Source: Takakia lepidozioides | Lineage: Eukaryota; Plantae; Bryophyta | DNA: 64,000 nt | Direction of reading: 5' to 3' | Assembly (NCBI GenBank): GCA_030704615.1 | Contig: CM060732.1 | Location: 52,638,001 to 52,702,000 of the forward strand | Shown here: positions 24,107 through 35,645 of the stretch, in pieces | Position numbering within the stretch: position 1 is the stretch's first letter | Layout of the letters: the number at the start of each line of letters is the position of its first letter | The notes under the pieces: model-generated | The model's database searches: none | The model's input: only the letters and a program-made list of their open reading frames with translations | What the model was told of the DNA's origin: nothing | Translations under genes and position numbers: made by a program

Positions 24107-27100
24107 TCATACATGATCTGCCAAGGTTACTTCCGGACAGTTCCTGGCGAAACTAGCATCGCAGCCCAGAACATCTGTGTGTTTTCTGGTGATCCAAAAC
24201 TTGTCGAAGACTGAGCCATCGTCACTGCGCTTGTACTCATAAAGCAAATTGGAGTGGTCATATGCCGTCAGCTTGGCAAAGCCATGATCCGAACCTTTCA
24301 CTAAACTCCAGGCTGTGTTGAGGGTGCTGAATGGATCCACTGACTTACCGGCAGCCCCCACAACCATGTGAATTGTAGCGTTGAATATGCCAGAGTAGTG
24401 ATCCTTCTCGTCACTCACACAATTATTCTGTATTTATTCCAAAAAGGAAATGGTAAGTGGACTCATTAGATCTAGTCCTCACCACACAGAATTGCAAACT
24501 AATCCCATTGAGGAATCTGGGTTTGTGATGACTTGGCTTCTCAGTAAGCTTGTTGTCATCTTTACCAGATGCCTCAGATCCTTGAGAGACTGCAAAAGTC
24601 TAGCTTGAAGCAGGTGCATTAATTCATTGAATACTAGGTATGCAATTGCTGCAATGTAATGACAGAACTGCACAGAAATAAAAAATCTCTACCAAGACAA
24701 GGAAATATGACACTATCATGAGCTGGACAGTATGATTGAATTGTTCCTACTAGGGTGATGCAGGATTTACCTCATAAACTGGGCATGATCGCTCATAATT
24801 GTGTACGTGGCCATAGAAGGCAATATCCACTTTGTACTTTTGCCAGAGTTTCTGCAAACTCTCTCGTGCCATTGGCTCGGCAAATGTGCCCTCAGAGGCA
24901 TAGTCCTGCCCTGAGGAATAGCCAAGCACTCTATGGGCAATGAAGATAAGCCAGGGCTGTCTTTGCCGGTCTACCGATGCCAGGCATTCCTCTAAAAATT
25001 TGTGTTGTTCAGTGCCCTCTCGCCAATCCGTTTCAGAGTCAGCTACACAAAAGTGGAACATCCCCCAATCTGTTGCATACCTGTAAAAGGTCAAGCACAC
25101 CTTTTAGTCAACGTTTGACGGAAAGCACCTTTTCAATCCCACAAGGTATGTCTGGAAGTGTGTGGGAGAGAGAATTGACAAGCAGAGCAGGAAACTATAA
25201 ACTAACTGACTTCAATCAGGATGGTGTACTGAAGAACTGTAAGCAAATATGATACATTGAACTTGAGCATACCCTCCAGTATTGGAGTACTCACCAATAT
25301 TTGTCCTTGTTTTTGGTAGGTACATTGTAAAGGGTCTCCGCCACTACACCACACTCACCGCCAGAGTCTGTATTTTCATAGAAGGACCCTGTACCAGGCC
25401 AGTCCCGCTCATGGTTACCACTGCCAAAAGAATGACAAACCCACAGTATTAATCAGCAGGTCAGGAAGCATCAATTTTCAATTGATTTCTAGCTTCAGGC
25501 TATTAGGCTCAAGATCTCTATCCTGCCATGTTCCTCATGCCCTGTCTCCTATCTCTTTGTCTCATGGGCCATATGGGCATCCTGTGGACATACTAAATAC
25601 TTCTTCAAAATTCTCTTCCTCCTGTTCCTTCTCTCCTGGCTTTCCATTCCTCATCTCTTTATCCCTCTATCTATTTCTCTTCCACCTTGTATCTCCTCCT
25701 ACCCACCTTTCAATTTGTCTCTCTTTCTTCCACATTCTTTATCCTACTACGAACTACTATTAAACCTCTTTCTTTGACCATCCCTCCCTACTCTCAAGAC
25801 TAAAAATCAGACCAAGGACAAAAGCTCAAGAAGCTTTCAATGACAAGCACCTTGCAAGCATGTATGGGACACGGCTGGTGATGCCCTCAACCTGCTCTGT
25901 AAATTGGTCCCATTCAGAGAGGTAGCCATTGGCATATGTAATATCCCCAATATGAAACGCAAGATCATAGTTATCCAAGTCCTTGACCAGTTGGTCAGTG
26001 GTATTCAGGGCGGACAGTTGGTTGTTGGTGTACTCATTTGACCCATCTCGCTCAGCCTGTAGCATAGGTTCTTTAGACGATTCAGGAGCCTACATGGCAA
26101 TGCAATGTTTGATGGAACACAGAATCTTATTTAAGAAAATAGTTTGACATCAATAGGCTGCTTTCACAGCAGAGAGGAAGAGAGGAAGGATGAGAGCAAA
26201 ACCCTCAACGGGTATCTGTTCCAAATGAAAGCTGGAAGTGACAGAAATAATTAACTTTGACATGCATGGTGGGGGTGAGATGGAGAGAGAATGTACTCAT
26301 AAGACATTGTTTGCCATAGGAGCTGGAGAGAGTCAGAGAGAAAAGGACTCAAAATGTTGCCTGCAGAGGAAGTGCCTCATGCAGGTAAGTTCATTTCTAG
26401 TCCTGTAGTTGGATGCCTCTGCCAAAAATGGGGAGGTCTCCAGAGGCAACACTATCTGCTCATGTTTGTGAGAGAATTGCTGAAGACACGTGCACAAGAG
26501 AGCAACAGAGAGGGAGAGAGAGCGATGATTCAGGCAGGGCATCAGACTACCTTGCCCATGTCACCAAAGATTATCACACGCTGCAATGAATCTTGGCCAG
26601 GGAAAGGAGCCGACGTGAAATATTTCTCTTCACCCCACACATACTGTCCATCCTTCAGCTTATGGCCCACCTTGTAGTAATACCTGTTGCAACTCACAGA
26701 GCACCATTCATTTTCGAAATCGAGAGGTGCACATAATGCAAAGGAAGACAAGACAGTTCAGTGATTACTTGCTGCTAGCCCATAGCTCTTTGAGGAAGGC
26801 CGTGTGAATAAAGCCTGGATCTCTCCATCCTACCGTGCTTGCAGGTGGTCCTGTCCAGACATTGCCCAGTAATTTATTAAGCAAGCCATCAGCAGCAGAT
26901 GTTGACTCTCTCTCTCTGTGGAGGGCCCCTCTCTTTCCCTGTGGGCATCATTTGATGTTCTCCGAAGTGAGTTCTTGTTGATCTATCTTACCGTGGACCC
27001 AGGGGCCTGTTTCGTTCTTTTTCTCTTTCCCTTTCTATAGTTTATTTCTTTTTTTCTAATAAAGTATCTTCAGGCCTCCCATTTTCGCATAACTGCTTTA

Positions 27101-29401
27101 ATCACAGACCAGGTGTGGAAAAATAGCTGGGAACTGACCACACACATCATTGCGGGTGAAAGTCAGAGTGACAGCGAGAGAAGTTCTGTAATCCCTCTCC
27201 TCTTCCCACCTCCACTGTACCAGAGGCCTTGCTTCCTTAATACTATATCCACTTGTCCACGTCACTGTCATCTGCAGATTTACAGTCCCCCAATGCAAAC
27301 AATACACACAGCTATCATGTTCATATGCACAATCCTCTTATGTATGTAGAAAACAGTAGATGTAGTCAAGGGGATTTGGCAGCTTACTTCATTCCATGAT
27401 TCTCCAATGGCTAGCCGTGGATAGACTGGCGCTTTTGGATTCTTGAAAGTAACAGTGTTGGACTTTGCCTCAAGCACGGGCTGGTCACCATCCCACACCC
27501 CAAACGGATCCTTAGCTAGAGTACTTGACCTACAAAATCACTAGAGGACTACTCAAATACAACAAAAAACACTACATCCCCAAGCAAGGAGCAAGTAGCA
27601 AGAAAGAAAGAGTCAAGTGTCCACGGGCAGCTCAAAGTGTTTATGGTACAAAGGAAAAAAGACAAAACAGAACAGAAGTGGGGCCCCCAACAACCAGCCA
27701 CCGCAACCATTCAACTACATGAAGCAAGAAGGGAGAGAGAGACAAGGAAAGTAAAACAAGGAGGAAAGTAGAGAGAGAGAAAAAGAATAAATGTTTTACT
27801 GGTGATGGTCCCAGGCAGCAGGGTAAGTGCAGTGCAAAAAAGCATTCAGCTCACATTGTCAAGATCACCAGAAAAGAATCCAAAGGTGTAGTCAGACCGT
27901 AGGTTGATCAACCTAAATTTGAGAGATCCTTCTCCTTTCTTCAGATAGTCCTTTATTGAAAAGTTGGCATACTGAAACTGCAGCACACACAAAGTGACAA
28001 AGTAGGAAGATACCATGGTAAGTCAGCTCTACATGCAGATCCATGACAAGAAACAATCTTGCAGCAATTGCTACTAAATAATTTCAAAAGAGTATATCCG
28101 ACACAATCTTGTTTCGGCAAGATCATTATGATTGCTTCAGAAACCATCTTCATTACAAGTAGATATTGAGATTTCCATTTTGGAGCTTTCAATGGTTTTG
28201 CCCAGTGTCTGCAGCATCCCTCTCACTAACAGGGGAAAGGCCTTCTTCTAAAAGAGAGATTTAAAGGCTAGATTGTGCCCTCATACCTTGATGGGAGATG
28301 AACAGAGGTATGGACTTTGGTTCTTCTCATACGTTGCATTCAAATCATTCAGACACTGTGATCCACTGCATAGCATTCAACGTAGACTTCACTTTAACCA
28401 AATACTCAGGATAATGTTGTGTGTATCAATGGCTTTGCGACAGGTTTGCAGCATTGACCTTTAAGATCTGCACCTACAAGTTCATCTCTCTCCCTCTCAG
28501 ATTCACACAGATCCACCAGGCCCCAAGCATTATCTGATGAGTAATTGCTTATAATTATCGAAGTTCTCATCTAAGGACCTCTAAAAGGTCCTGCAGGAAG
28601 CTGCGACATGAATCCTCCAGCAATAAGGGGTAGCGTATGCAACCCTGGTACTAGATAGCCTACTCTAAATGAAGGCCTGTCTGCCCCTTCCACTGCTAAC
28701 AAGAATGCAAGCAGGATTTTATTGTGCAGTGTACAAACTGGTAAATGAAGGTACAAAGACTCTCTCTCTCTCCCTCTCCACTATTACAGCTTCCTAGGCA
28801 AAAGTCAAATACATAATTCCTGGACATCTACGAGGGAAGGTAAGAGGCCACACTCAAATATGGCGGGGGAGAAAACTCCAATCCAATCAGTGACAGCAGC
28901 ACCAATGGATTTTTTGAACATAACAGTCACATACTCAGCTGTCTCCCCCTGCAATACAGTTTCAAGAGTTTTTTGGTGATTGGTGATGCAGTATGCCACA
29001 ATGATAGAGCATAGTTTTAAGCATGGTTCTCTGGACCAGCTGCATTTTTCATATTGTAAAGATGGAGAGGTAGAGTCCACAAGAGATGCAGTCATTGACT
29101 ATGTTGGCAGATTGTTCCCATGCCTTAATTTTGCAACAGTAGGATAGCAAACTTCGTGCATTATGTGGCTCTTGCCCACCAAGGTTGAGAGAGAAGAAGA
29201 CCAAGAAGATACCTTTTGGCCGAGAAGGTCAGGGGTGGCAGTTATGGAGACAGAGGAATCCAGTCTCTTCAATGAGCGATGCAGGGCCACTTTGGACAAA
29301 GGCTGGTGTGGATCATATCTCACTTCCAACGAAGCTTTTGCTAGATGTGAAACTACCAACAATACTGAGAGCATCGCGAGGACTTGCATTGATCGCTCCA
29401 T
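24107..29401 (-). CDS. Purple acid phosphatase, PAP1/PAP24/PAP27 clade, copy B (tandem paralogue with matching exon structure), signal peptide
   Basis: MERSMQVLAMLSVLLVVSHLAKA leader; GDMG, GDITYANG, GNHERD, AHRVLG, GHVHNYER; exons collinear with copy A. Confidence 0.93.
26290..26319 (-). mobile_element. 30 bp micro-insertion of the TTATGAGTACA LINE 3' end
   Basis: AATGTACTCATAAGACATTGTTTGCCATAG between GAGATGGAGAGAG and GAGCTGGAGAGAG (13 bp, 1 mismatch). Confidence 0.8.
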
Positions 29402-30058
29402 TGAAATGCCCACCTACAAAACGCAGTTATAATAAATGCCGTGCCTCATGGTGTATTTGTGACAGAAAGAGAAAATGAAAATATTAGTCCGTCCAGGGGA
29501 AGCCAATGGACCTAGCAAGGGGCACAGAACGCAAAAGAGCCGAACAATAGAACTCCTTTGGCAAGGTGACAAACAGAACCAGAGAACCACTCAAATGTGT
29601 ACCGAGAGAAGAGAGAGAAAGAAAATAACTCTATCAACCACAGAGAGAGAGGCTGCTGTAAGGGAAACCATTTCCAAAGAAAGTTACTGAGATTGACGTC
29701 CAGCTGCGTAAGTTGGCAACTATGAAAGATGCTTTGGAGTAATTCTAACCATCCTGTATCCAATTCCGCTCTTGGGAGGAGAATGAACATAGATTTCAAA
29801 AGAAAACATATAAGCGACGGAAGTTACCAGTAATGTAAGGTGCGAGCATTCAAAACAGGATTATAGCTTCCCACCAAACATGCCACTATCATAACACATA
29901 AAAATTCTGGAAGTATACAGAGAGAACAAATCTAATTCTGGTACAACTCGACAAAAGCTGCGAGTAGGTACCAGCTCAAGAGAGGGACTGACTCACCGCA
30001 GGGATTCCGAGAGTCCTCTCCGCAAAGCACAACCATTTTATTCGGCAACTGTTCCGCA

Positions 30059-30229
30059 GGATATTCTCCCCAATGCCGGCTCTGCCTTCCTCATATCCAC
30101 CTCTCCATCTCAGTCAGCGCCTTAGCTCAGCAACGGCATAGTCACCACGTGATTTATCATGGTGCTACCTACTAGCAATCTGAAAGCTGTGGATCCCACA
30201 TTGTCTCTGCACCCTCTCGCACCAAAACA

Positions 30230-30271
<42 letters not shown>

Positions 30272-31080
30272 GAGTGAATTAAGTTAGTGAAATAACTAAA
30301 ACTCTCTACGCGGACTAATCGACTAATCCACAGTTGGCTACTAAGACTCTAATAACTAATATACTTAATACTCACTAATCATAACTAATCAGCCGCTAAT
30401 CACTTTACACTTGGCACTACTCTACACAACCGACCACTTCTGGTTTGGATCCCGCTAATGTGAAAGCGCGAAAATTACATTCACACTTGCACCGCTTTTA
30501 CTGAGCTCGAAAATGCTCCTCAATGGACTGGAAATCCATCTAGAACGTGCGTTCATCCATCACGGCGTACAGCTGGCAGGTATCTGGCCGCCTTGTGAAC
30601 ATTGATATTTTTCGGAAATTCCAAAAATGATAACGCGTAAGTTAATGTTGGAATATTCGTTAAGGGATCCGACCGTAGCTGGTTACAGGTATCCGGAATA
30701 TACCGGATGCTTCGTCTTGTTTATATTCGAGTAAAGAAGGCGAGAGAGATTCACGTCCAGAGTTCTTACGTAGATGCGGAAGGAAGCTCGCTGTGGATTT
30801 GTGTGATGGTGAGGTTTGGTTCCCATCTGAGATGAATTTGGGATTTCTTCAAGAAAGGCGACCACTTTCTGTGCTCAGAATTGAGAGCAACTCTTGTTTC
30901 TCTCTGAAGTACTGTGCGTGGAGTTGCTTGCTCTGTAAATCCCTGGACGTCAACTTCCTTTCCCGATCTTCGAGAGAGTTTTGACTCAACCAGGGATCCC
31001 CAGCTCTGAAGGGAAAGCTTGATCCGACTGTTGAAGAAAGTTGAGGTCAGTCTCCTCTTTTACAAGAATCTGGAATATCC
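30059..31080. promoter_or_regulatory. Divergent PAP-B / PLD promoter region with four P1BS (GNATATNC) motifs
   Basis: GGATATTC 30059-30066, GAATATTC 30651-30658, GAATATAC 30696-30703, GAATATCC 31073-31080. Confidence 0.6.
30230..30267. repeat. (CT)n microsatellite
   Basis: Near-perfect CT dinucleotide run. Confidence 0.95.
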
Positions 31081-31434
31081 GAGTCCGTTCCCCGCCGATG
31101 GAGGTGGGAGGAGCGACCCTCGCCTTGACAAGTGTTACTGAACAATCCGCATAGCATCACTGTCGCTCTGCTGTCAGAAGAGCTCAAGACTTTCCTCAAC
31201 GGATACCACTGACCAGATGCGTTTGCGGGTCTTCTTTATAGTCTTTTATTGACTTCCGGTCTGTCTCTGTGGGCCCGCCCAGGTGGACATTGTCGAAACA
31301 TTCTTTCCTACCTACACTCTTGCTCTGAGGGTCTCCACATGTCGATTTTGGAGCATCTACCAACAGAACACAGGATAAAAGGTTGGAGTGGGGACGGCCA
31401 GATACGTACTTCGACGGGAGAGAAGCGGTGATCT

Positions 31435-33841
31435 ATGGGTTTTAGCAGGAGACCTCCAGTAGTGTTAGTGCTGCTGACACTGCTACTCAATTTGCCTACT
31501 TCTCTCTCAGTGTCAGTACAGCACAAGCCGGGAGAGGGGAATTGCAAGGCATGGCTGGTGCAATCTATCCCAACCGACATGCCGGAGCTTCGTCAGGTTC
31601 CGGGAGTGCTTCACACTGGAGATGTGCTACAATGGCTAGCTGGAAATGCAAGCAAGACAGGACTGGACATCACAGCGCAGTATTGGCAGCTACTGGCCCA
31701 CCCAGATAATCCACTTTCCGGCGAATATGGATTTTCTGAGAAAGAGATGGAGCACTTTGGAGCGCCCGTAGGAAAGGCTGTGTACGATTCTCTGGTGGCG
31801 GCTGCAGATCGAGGTATTCCTATCAGGTCTGCTGCAGTCTGCCTGTAGGAATGACGAATTTTGAGATTCCATGGGGATTCTCTCGTGTCCACCCACGCAT
31901 GGATGCTAATAATGGAGACTCTCAGACACACCCCGCTTCTCTTTTACAAATCGGGTCTGGATTATTTCCAAACGCATCTACCCCTCTTTTGGTGGCATGT
32001 TGAATGGGAAACGGGCTCACCACATTGGATCGGCATCTTCCCTCACATTGTCAAGGAGCGGTTTTTTGTAGGATTTAGGTGCCTGCTTTAATGTCACTCT
32101 GGTCCAAGATTTGGGAGGAGTTATGTGGATCTGGGCTTCATCTCTCTGTCGGCCTCCCCGTACAGCCTGCATCCTAGTAAACAGCTAATTGACAGGAGTT
32201 TATATGACTGAAATAGTTTTGGGACATCCAGGTTTGATAGCTTATTTTGGGGTAGGTAAATCCTTTGTATTGCACTTGGCTGATGTGATTGAACTTTCTG
32301 TGCAGAATTGTCCAGCATACGGGCTTTGCACCTGATTTTGATACAGAGTCAGCTGAACTAGCTGCTGGACGGCCCAATGTCCAGAATCGAACACTCTCCT
32401 TGGGTGACTGGTGGGGCTCAGGCATTGTACATGCTAAGGTCTGGATCGCCGGCAAGAAACATGCCTATGTTGGCTCGGCCAACAACGACTGGAAATCTCT
32501 TACGCAGGTATAAAAGCGAAACTTTACAATCTTCAATTAACCAATGTGTATATGTGCTTGCTTTTGTATGTGCATTGTTTCAGCTGCTATGAATATCTGT
32601 CTTTAAAGAAGTGGCACAAGTGGGCAACTGGACATAGGGATGTTGGGTCGGTGGTAAGCAGAAAGGGGAGGGAACCCAGAGTAAAAAACTAATGTGAGAA
32701 TTACAAATGGAAATCTTTACATGAAACATGACTTTGTCGACATAATCTCGTTATATGGCATTGCACGAACATGGCATAAAGAGGGGCCAGGGGTGTGCAT
32801 GGACTGAATCATTTGTCATGAACCTATCCTTGCAATTTGCATATTATGGGACCACGATGCTTTCAGGGTCATCTAAAGTGAACAAGCAGAAGGGACTGAC
32901 ATGCCCAACAACCATGCCAGGTGAAGGAACTTGGAATCTACTTCAGTGATTGTCCAGAGGTAGCTGAGCGATTGGAGATATTTTTCAGAAATCTTTGGGC
33001 CCTAACCAGCTTAAATGCATCTTCACACACGAAGACTGTTTGGGACAACCAATGGCAAGTAAATCGGACAGTGCCCTGTTGGTCACACTTCCTGAACCCA
33101 AGGGATCGTTGCAAGTGCGTCTTTCGTCTCTCTCCACATCCCCCGTCCCTCTCTCTCTCTTTTGGAGGCTTTTTTTTTGTGAGGGAGGAGGGGAATACCC
33201 CAGATCAAATCTTTAGAATCAAAATGTCAAAAACAATTTTGGCGAGCCAAGAGCAGCCGATTCTGTCAGGACCAGTGGGCAACCAACTGCAAACAGTCCA
33301 GAGCAGAGTGGGCAAGCACACTGCCTTTCAACAGAAGGCATGTCTCAACCACCACTTGAGAGGCCTCAACCATGAGAATGGCAGCAGAGGTTTGTGACTG
33401 AGATAAATGATCCTAAGGGCCAACCGAGACACATGGTCACTGAAACAGCCAGCACCGAAGTAGTAAAAGAGATCAGGTACAAGTGGCCATTAAAGCAGCC
33501 AGGACGAAAAGCTGCATAAAGATCCAAATTTTGGCACCTCAAGTATGTTCAAAGTTTACATGTGCTCACAGCCTACAGGGTCTTTCAATTTTTATATGTA
33601 TATTCTTACAGTAAATGATTGGGCATGCCACTTTGTTGCAGATCGCCTTTAGCTCGATATGTGTTGACTCCCGGTGTCCAAGGCTATCCATATCTGGCAG
33701 AACCCTATCACTTTCCTCTGCGCTTAGAAACCCCAGGCTTGCAGGAGCAAGCTGGGGGTGCATCACCAGCTTACCTTTCTATGGCTCCCCCTGAGGTGTG
33801 TCTGCAGCCCATGTAATAACCAGTGAGTTTGAGTGGCTGCC

Positions 33842-33878
<37 letters not shown>

Positions 33879-35268
33879 GCTCAGAACATTGTAAAGAGAT
33901 GGTTGTGCTGCTGCAAATCTGTACAGTATATTGAGCACTATACCTGTGTTCGAAACATCTGTACATCAGGGTTGTTTAGGTTCTCAGTTGCAATTGGGGT
34001 TTTGCGAATTGAACTTTTAGCTAAGGGAAAATTGATTATTCAAGTATGTCTCCAGTTGAGAACATTGGTCTTGGTCATCTTTGTTGACACAATAGTTGCT
34101 TTTGGGGTGTAGATTGCTTCCTACAGGTATCAGGCTGATGAACAGGGATGGGTGGAGACAATTCTTTCTGTCCCAATCAATGGGACAGTGAGGATCAGTA
34201 CGATGGACTGGCTTGGCCAATCACAATATACTGATACCACTGTTTTTTGGCCAGTGCTGTCATCAGCGATCGGAAAGGTAGGATACTTCCCTTCCCTTCA
34301 GGGTCCTAAAAGTGATCCATAGAGCAAGCTCAAGCAGGTGGAGCTATAGAGAGGTACCATTTCCTGCAACTTTGGCTATCATGGACCCTTGAGGCACAGT
34401 CACAACTAGATATTAATTAGAAAGACAGGCAGAGAAACAGTACAAAAGAATCGGCTTTGTAATGTGTTCGGGGTGGCCAAGACCCATGGGACAAAGACAT
34501 CAAGATTGTGCGTGTAATCTGGTTGGGATTTGGTGTTATCTGGAGTGGGTCATGGAATAGTCTGGGGTTGGAGTTTAATCTCACCCAAATGCAAAGAAAT
34601 GGTTTGGACAATAGACTTGAACTAGAGTACCAACTGCTGCTCTAAGTAGCACAAAAGTGTTGGCATCAAAAGTCAGAATTTGCCTAATCTACCTTTTTCA
34701 TTGCAAACTGTTCGTCTCTTCCTTTTCAGGCCCCAGACTTTTGTCTGTTTACCCTCTTTTCCTTCATTCCTTTTTCCTTTTGCACAGATACAACCTAATC
34801 ATTACTGCACTCTTCTCATTGCAGGTGGTTACAGCAAAGCACGCCACGGTCAGAGTCTTAGTGGCACACTGGTTCCACAGCATCATTGGAACCAATGAGT
34901 ACCTTTCCTTCCTCAACTACACCAACTCGTTGTGTTCTTCTTCTGTCTACAACAAATGCAAAGGGAAAGTCGAGGTCAAGTTGTATGAGGTTCCAGGTTT
35001 TAAATCGACCGGGCCTGCTGTCAAAGGGGGAAAACCTACTGGGTACAGCTACCCAGATTTTACTCGGGTCAACCATGGAAAATATGCTGTCAGTGATGTG
35101 AGAGCTCATATTGGCACCAGCAATCTTGTGTGGGATTATTTCTATTCCACTGCTGGGGTTAGTTTTGGTAGCTACGACCCAAGAATTGTCGCTCAACTGC
35201 AAGATGTATTTGATGCAGACTTTAACTCTCCATATGCTGTTCCACTGGATTTGAGTTCTAGCCAATAG
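31435..35268 (+). CDS. Signal-peptide phospholipase D family protein (PLD-phi / PLD Z-like, homologue of animal PLD3/PLD4); 6 exons
   Basis: Exons 31435-31826, 32306-32507, 32921-33114, 33642-33795, 34113-34277, 34825-35268; hydrophobic leader, CKAWLVQSIPTDMP, HAKVWIAG..YVGSANNDWKSL and NHGKYAVSD..HIGTSN motifs; no C2 or PX/PH domain. Confidence 0.93.
33845..33877. repeat. (CT)n microsatellite in a PLD intron
   Basis: CT dinucleotide run. Confidence 0.95.
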
Positions 35269-35388
35269 CCTCTCCCTTTGTATACTTGTAAACACAGTCT
35301 TGAGAAGCCTCTCTTGTTTGATTTCAGCAAGGTCATATTTTCCCTTTGTATTGAGAACGTGTGCAATGTGGACTCTTTCTTGGTACAT

Positions 35389-35645
35389 GTCTCGAGGCTG
35401 AGCCAAAAGCCCAGGCCCTTTTGGGGCATAGTTATTGTGCAAACCACACACAGCAGATTGATGCTTGTGGGAAGGAATTTCTAGAGGATATTTTGGAAAA
35501 CTCGGATTAATTGTCAGTTCCAAGTTAAGTCATACGACTGGCGTCAGCCCCTGACAAAGATAGTTTCTGTCCCTTTGTGTTCCACTCAAACTAAGCGCGG
35601 AGTCAATGGCCACAAGGCTATGGCAAACAATGTTTTATGAGTACA
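35389..35645 (+). mobile_element. ~260 bp 3' fragment of the TTATGAGTACA LINE family just downstream of the PLD stop codon
   Basis: Clear similarity to the reverse complement of 20285-20540 (GTCTCGAGGCTGAGCCAAAAGCCCAGGCCC...GCTATGGCAAACAATGTTTTATGAGTACA). Confidence 0.9.

Noticed and set aside
24233-24243. TGTACTCATAA match to the LINE terminal motif
   Set aside because: Lies in the PAP-B coding exon (LYEYK codons) with no TSD; coincidental
33230-33520. Possible third LINE zinc-finger remnant on the minus strand in a PLD intron (ERQCACPLC-like)
   Set aside because: Needs several frameshifts and has no clear ends or TSD; too weak to call
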